Positions 59,545-64,000 of a stretch of DNA of 64,000 nucleotides are shown piece by piece. A model generated the notes under the pieces. It made no database searches, was not told the origin of the DNA, and saw only the letters and a program-made list of their open reading frames with translations. The translations under genes and the position numbers were made by a program. This stretch comes from Microbotryum violaceum (Eukaryota): positions 434,001-498,000 of the forward strand of contig CDLV01000014.1 of assembly GCA_001244265.2 (NCBI GenBank), read 5' to 3'. Every line of letters begins with the position of its first letter. Position 1 is the stretch's first letter.

Positions 59545-59999
59545 TTTCAGGAAGGGAGGGAGCAGGGCGTGGGGAGCAGTGTCAGTGATCTCAAGTCTGA
59601 GCAAACGGGGGGGCGCCTCTGTCCAGCGGAGGGGCCAGGGGGGAGGAAGGGGGCTTGGTCTTGCCGTAGTGTGGTGGGTGGGCTGAAATAAACCCCACTC
59701 GAATCGCAATACGACGTCCGAGGTAGATGCGATGCAGGTACACGCGTTAACGGTGAAGAACGATGACTCGTGCCGCGACGGCGAAGGAAGCCGATAGCGC
59801 TGATGGTTGTGGAAGCAAGCCAACCGCCACAGTGCGTGAGCCCCGCGGGGTGGCAGCACTGCATATGCTCAGGCTTAGTGCCAGCTTCACTCGTACCTGA
59901 TTTGTGCTAGCGTCGTCCGTGCAGTCTGTTTCACAGGACCCAACGTACGACACCGAAACTCGTTTCCATTGGTTCATCCAAGAGTGTCTACAAAGATCC

Positions 60000-61822
60000 C
60001 TACGCCGCCGCGCGAACAGCCGTGTAAACGAACTGCGCGGCGGCACATCCAGCAACCAAGGCCCCCGCTCGCTTGGCGTACTGCCAACGCTGCCACGCCT
60101 TGAGCTGCGATCCGGCAGAGTCGATCGTAGCAACCTCCTTCTCGGTCAGCTCCAAGTCGCCGGCGCGAAGGTAGGCATGCAAACGTTCCTTCGAGCGGGT
60201 CGTCCTGGTTGGCAGAAAATCAGAGACAAGGCATGTTCAGCTGGCTAGTGCTCGAATGATGTAGATCAAAAGTGGAGTATCTACAAATGTCTGAGCGAAT
60301 GAAATGATGAAGCAACTCTCTGACTCACGTGACGATCACCGCTCCCTTGCTCCTCGCCCAGGCAAACAGGACCTCGGCCTCCGTAACCGCAACCTTCTCA
60401 CCCGAATGAGCCTGGGCGATCTTGCGCAGGGGTTTGTCGAGGGGACCACCAGATTGATGGGTCAAGGGGTAGAGACTCGAGTAAGCCTCAGTCACGATCC
60501 CTTCTTGCTCGTGGTAGGCCAACAATGCCTTTTGTTTGTCGTAGACGTAGGGATGAAGCAGCACCTGGTTGACGACCGGCGTCGCCAAGCCGGCTTCACG
60601 CAGCACTTCGAGGTCTTTGATCTCGTAATTCTGTCGAATGCACGAAAATTGAGGTCAGTACATGCGGTGGATGCGCTTTGGCTATCAAGTTAGGGTTTGT
60701 GACTTACCGAGACGCCGACAGAGTCTGATAGCGAGAACAAACAGTGATAAGACGCTCGAACTTTCATTAGCACTGGGCATTGAAACCCTGAGCTTGCAAG
60801 GTGATAACTTACGAGCAAGCCCTTCTTTCTTCAAGACGAGCATCTCTTCCCATGCTGCGACCGGATCGGCTTTCGCGAGTCGTGGGGAGTGCTAAACGTC
60901 ATGTGACATATAACTTGCACCAAGTCAGTTCACCACGACATCAGATTCCGAGCCTCTGAGTCAGGGCAAGAAGAGGATCAACTTACGATAAGATACAAGT
61001 CGACATACTTGAGCTTCAGCTAAATCACGGAAGAGAGTACTTCCTTTCAGCGTCGTTACCCTTTTGTTCAGGTGATATCAATGTAGAACTGACGAATTCG
61101 AGCGATTCGTTGATGCTCGCTCGGATACCCTTGCCGTCCTTGCCACTCCTGAGTCAGGGGAGAACGATGCCCCAGTTAGCAAGTCAGGCCACCTTAGAAC
61201 TAAGAAGTCGATCCTTGACTGACCACTTGGTCGTGACCCAGACGTCCTTCCTCTCGAGACCGCTCGCTTTGAGGCCGTCACCGACCTGATGCGAGGTAAA
61301 GCTTTTCGTCAGTTCAACTACAACTTGGAAGATGGAGGTATGAAAAAGTGTCACACCACTCACCTCGGATTCGTTCCTGTAAATTTGCGCGGTACTGCGG
61401 AGAGTGCAGGAGTCGGGCCAGAGTCAGAAAGGGCATTTAGGTTGGTCGGTCAGATGACCGATCGCGATCGAGCGGGTGTGGGGGGCGCCAACCGGTCCCA
61501 AGTCCCTCCACATCGTCCCCTGGCAGGACCACAGTTCGAGTCCTGTCCTCCCCTCCTGGTCTGCATGACCAGCGAGGGATATTTGAACTAACTCCAAGTG
61601 ATTGAATCCCGTCTCAAGCGCTTGCTCGACCTAACAAAAACAAGCGAACAGACCCACAAAGCCCAGATTAGTTCACACGATGGCGTCACTTCCACGTGGG
61701 CCGGGAGAGATGGCTGTACTTACTTGATCTACGACAGTCGATCCGGATCCGATAAGCCAAGAGCCGTAGCCGATCTCGGGGATCCGATGGCCGTCAAGAA
61801 GCCAAACGTGTTCCCATCCCAT
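60000..61822 (-). CDS. Aldo-keto reductase
   Basis: MGWEHVWLLDGHRIPEIGYGSW, GFNHLDTAQIYRNESEVG, REDVWVTTKW, YVDLYLIHSP, VGVSNY, PVVNQVLLHPY, EAYSSLYPL, EVLFAWARSKG. About 9 introns. Confidence 0.9.
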
Positions 61823-62116
61823 GACTGCGGTGGATTGACGTGAATTGAATCTGGAGGTGGTGGTGGGCGAGAAAGGAACCGCGTGGCCCGCGCGAGAGCG
61901 GAGGACCGTCCTGATGTGGGGCGACGGCAGCAGACGCGGGCGGCGGCGGCTAGGCGCAGGCGGCTAGCGATCGGGGACGAAGAGTTCTTGTGCGGGAAAG
62001 TCAAATTTCAAGACTACCGGTTCCGAACTTCGTCAGGAATAGAGCACCACAAAATTGTATGCAAAAACTAAATGGGCCATTTAGCCAGACTTGTGCCCAC
62101 GTGCAGTGGCCTACAC

Positions 62117-64000
62117 CTACTTCTCTGTGGCCTGCATGCTAAGTCTATGGGAACCCTTGTGGGGAAACGCTAGGTCACTAGACCAGAATGGATGTTCGAG
62201 CTCGCTAAAGTACCCCAACTCGCACCTCTGGCATCCACAAGTCATTGGGGGGGGGGAAAGAAGAAGAGTGGAATACGGTCTTCGTCAGCGTTGCTCAATG
62301 CGCAATGGCCAAACCTAACGTCGCATACTCACCGAATACGTAACCTTCGGCAGCTGGCGAAAGTACTCGTCATACTTCACGTCGAGTGCATCCTTCAATG
62401 ACCTAATATTTTTTTGCGGAAACATCTCATTCCAAGGCCTCTTGCACACCTCCCCGACGCAAGTTTTAAGCACGAGCAATAACGCATCCAGCCGAATCAG
62501 AAGTTTCTGCAGTTCTGACGATTGCGACTGCACCTCAGCGAGATTGTGCATTTGATCAGGGTCGGTGCGGAGGTCGTAGATCTCGTGCTCGCCCGTACAC
62601 CAGACAGCGTAGCTGAGGTCGATTGAGTTACCCTCTACGATTCGGATCGCGCGATAGGTTGTGTTGAGGAAAGACTTGCCTGCGGATACATTGTCAGGAT
62701 AATTCAGCTTACCTGGAACAACGGTGTGGGCAGACCTCTCGGACTGACCTGCGTATATCCCTTCTTCGATCCCGTCCACCCAGTACTCCGCCAAATGATA
62801 CTGCTTGATCCCTTCCGTCTCCACCATCTGCCGCAATTCTTGGGTCAAAGGCACGAGCGAGCCATCATGCTCATAGTCCGACTTGGCGCCAGCCAGATGC
62901 ATGATCGTCGCGCCCAAGTCTGCAAGAGAGTATACTGATTTACTGTCGACCACCCCTTTGGGCACTCCCGGTCCTCGAGCGACGAGGGGAACTCGAATGT
63001 CCTCTTCATAGGGTAGAGTCTTCCCAGGGTTGCGCCGATGCCCGCCATTCGCCTCGAATCCATTGTCCGAGGTGTAGATGATGATCGTATCGTCCAATTT
63101 GTTATTCTTTTCAAGCTCATCGACAACGGCTTCGACCAGCTCGTCGACGGCTTGTAAGGAGCGCAGACGTTGTCGGTAGAACTCTTCGATGTACTCGACG
63201 TGGGCCTGATTCAGTCGTTCGAGTTGACGGACCCAGGAAGCACCACTCGGGAAGGATGGGTTGTGAGAGGCTCGTGAATAGTTCAGGGTCACGTCCTTGA
63301 AGAGATGGGCGTGACGGGGTGCGGATTCGGGGGCTTGAAGCCGGACTGGGCCGAAATCGTGAGAAAGGCTCACGATGTGTGAGTGAGGCGCAATAGGGGC
63401 GACTGCAGCCGAACAGTGCAACTGTCAGAACATCCCCTATATACGACTAAGCTCGACGACGAATGGCGTATACTCACTACCGACGAAGAAGGGGTTGCCT
63501 TGGTGACTTGCATCGCGTATCAGATTCAACGCTTTCTCCTTCACTAGGTCCGTCGAATACGATCCGGCGTGGTACTGTACGGGCGAACCGACGCGACCGA
63601 AAGAGGCATTCACATAGTTGTACGTCTGAGGGTCCAGCAAGAAATCGGCATCTGTAAACGGGAGAACATGCACTTATTATGAATTTCGAGCTATCGTACA
63701 GGGTGCTTTTAACGTCAACTAACCGGTGAAGCCAGCTGGAGCCAATTTTTCATAGTTGTTCACGTTATGCCCATTCATGAGTTTTCCGACGTATCGCGTC
63801 GAATATCCGGCGCTTTGCAGGAAGCTTGGGAGATAACTGAAGCGATGAGACGAGCAGTCAGATCATTGCTCGAAGGCTGTGTCGAATCCTGGATGATCTT
63901 ACTGGCTATTGTACCCCTTCTCGCTAAAGACCCCCCACCCGCCCCAAGGTGGAATGACCGAAGTGACGTTGGTGTTGTGCGCTGCTTGGGCCCTTAGGAA
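62117..64000 (-). CDS. Arylsulfatase (N-acetylglucosamine-6-sulfatase-like); 5' part lies outside the window
   Basis: AQAAHNTNVTS, GKLMNGH, YSTDLV, PFF..APIAPH, RQRLRSLQAVDELV, LDDTIIIYTSDNG, GKTLPYEEDIRVPLVARGPGV, EIYDLRTDPDQMHNL. Confidence 0.9.

Overview
Eukaryotic, intron-rich, GC-rich fungal genomic DNA. Gene content and intron signals (GTGAG/GTAAG donors, CTGAC/CTAAC branch points) suggest a basidiomycete, probably Pucciniomycotina such as a Microbotryum/Rhodotorula-like lineage (inference). I reconstructed 19 spliced or intact protein-coding genes by eye: Sac-type phosphoinositide phosphatase, MFS transporter, ABD1, CSM3/Swi3, RanGAP, mitochondrial uL3, UBP15/USP7, a large S/P-rich orphan, a Cap64/Cas3-like SGNH protein, a probable mitochondrial membrane protein, a Zn2Cys6 factor, a group II PLP aromatic amino acid decarboxylase homolog, a GT47 exostosin, a micro-exon hydrophilin, a Gfo/Idh/MocA oxidoreductase, COQ11-like, PRP4 kinase, an aldo-keto reductase and an arylsulfatase. 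An accessory block at about 6.2-13.5 kb holds a decayed, intron-containing Helitron (HUH Rep + PIF1 helicase), a kinase-like pseudogene and several terminal-like motifs. Highlights: (i) the decarboxylase homolog has Phe at the catalytic-loop Tyr position, the signature of aromatic acetaldehyde synthases; (ii) the Helitron block is bracketed by two outward-facing hairpin+CTAG motifs; (iii) a small gene largely missed by the ORF track is built from a duplicated three-exon module, with 11-13 nt micro-exons and a start codon split by an intron. Exon boundaries are manual and approximate, and no database searches were run.
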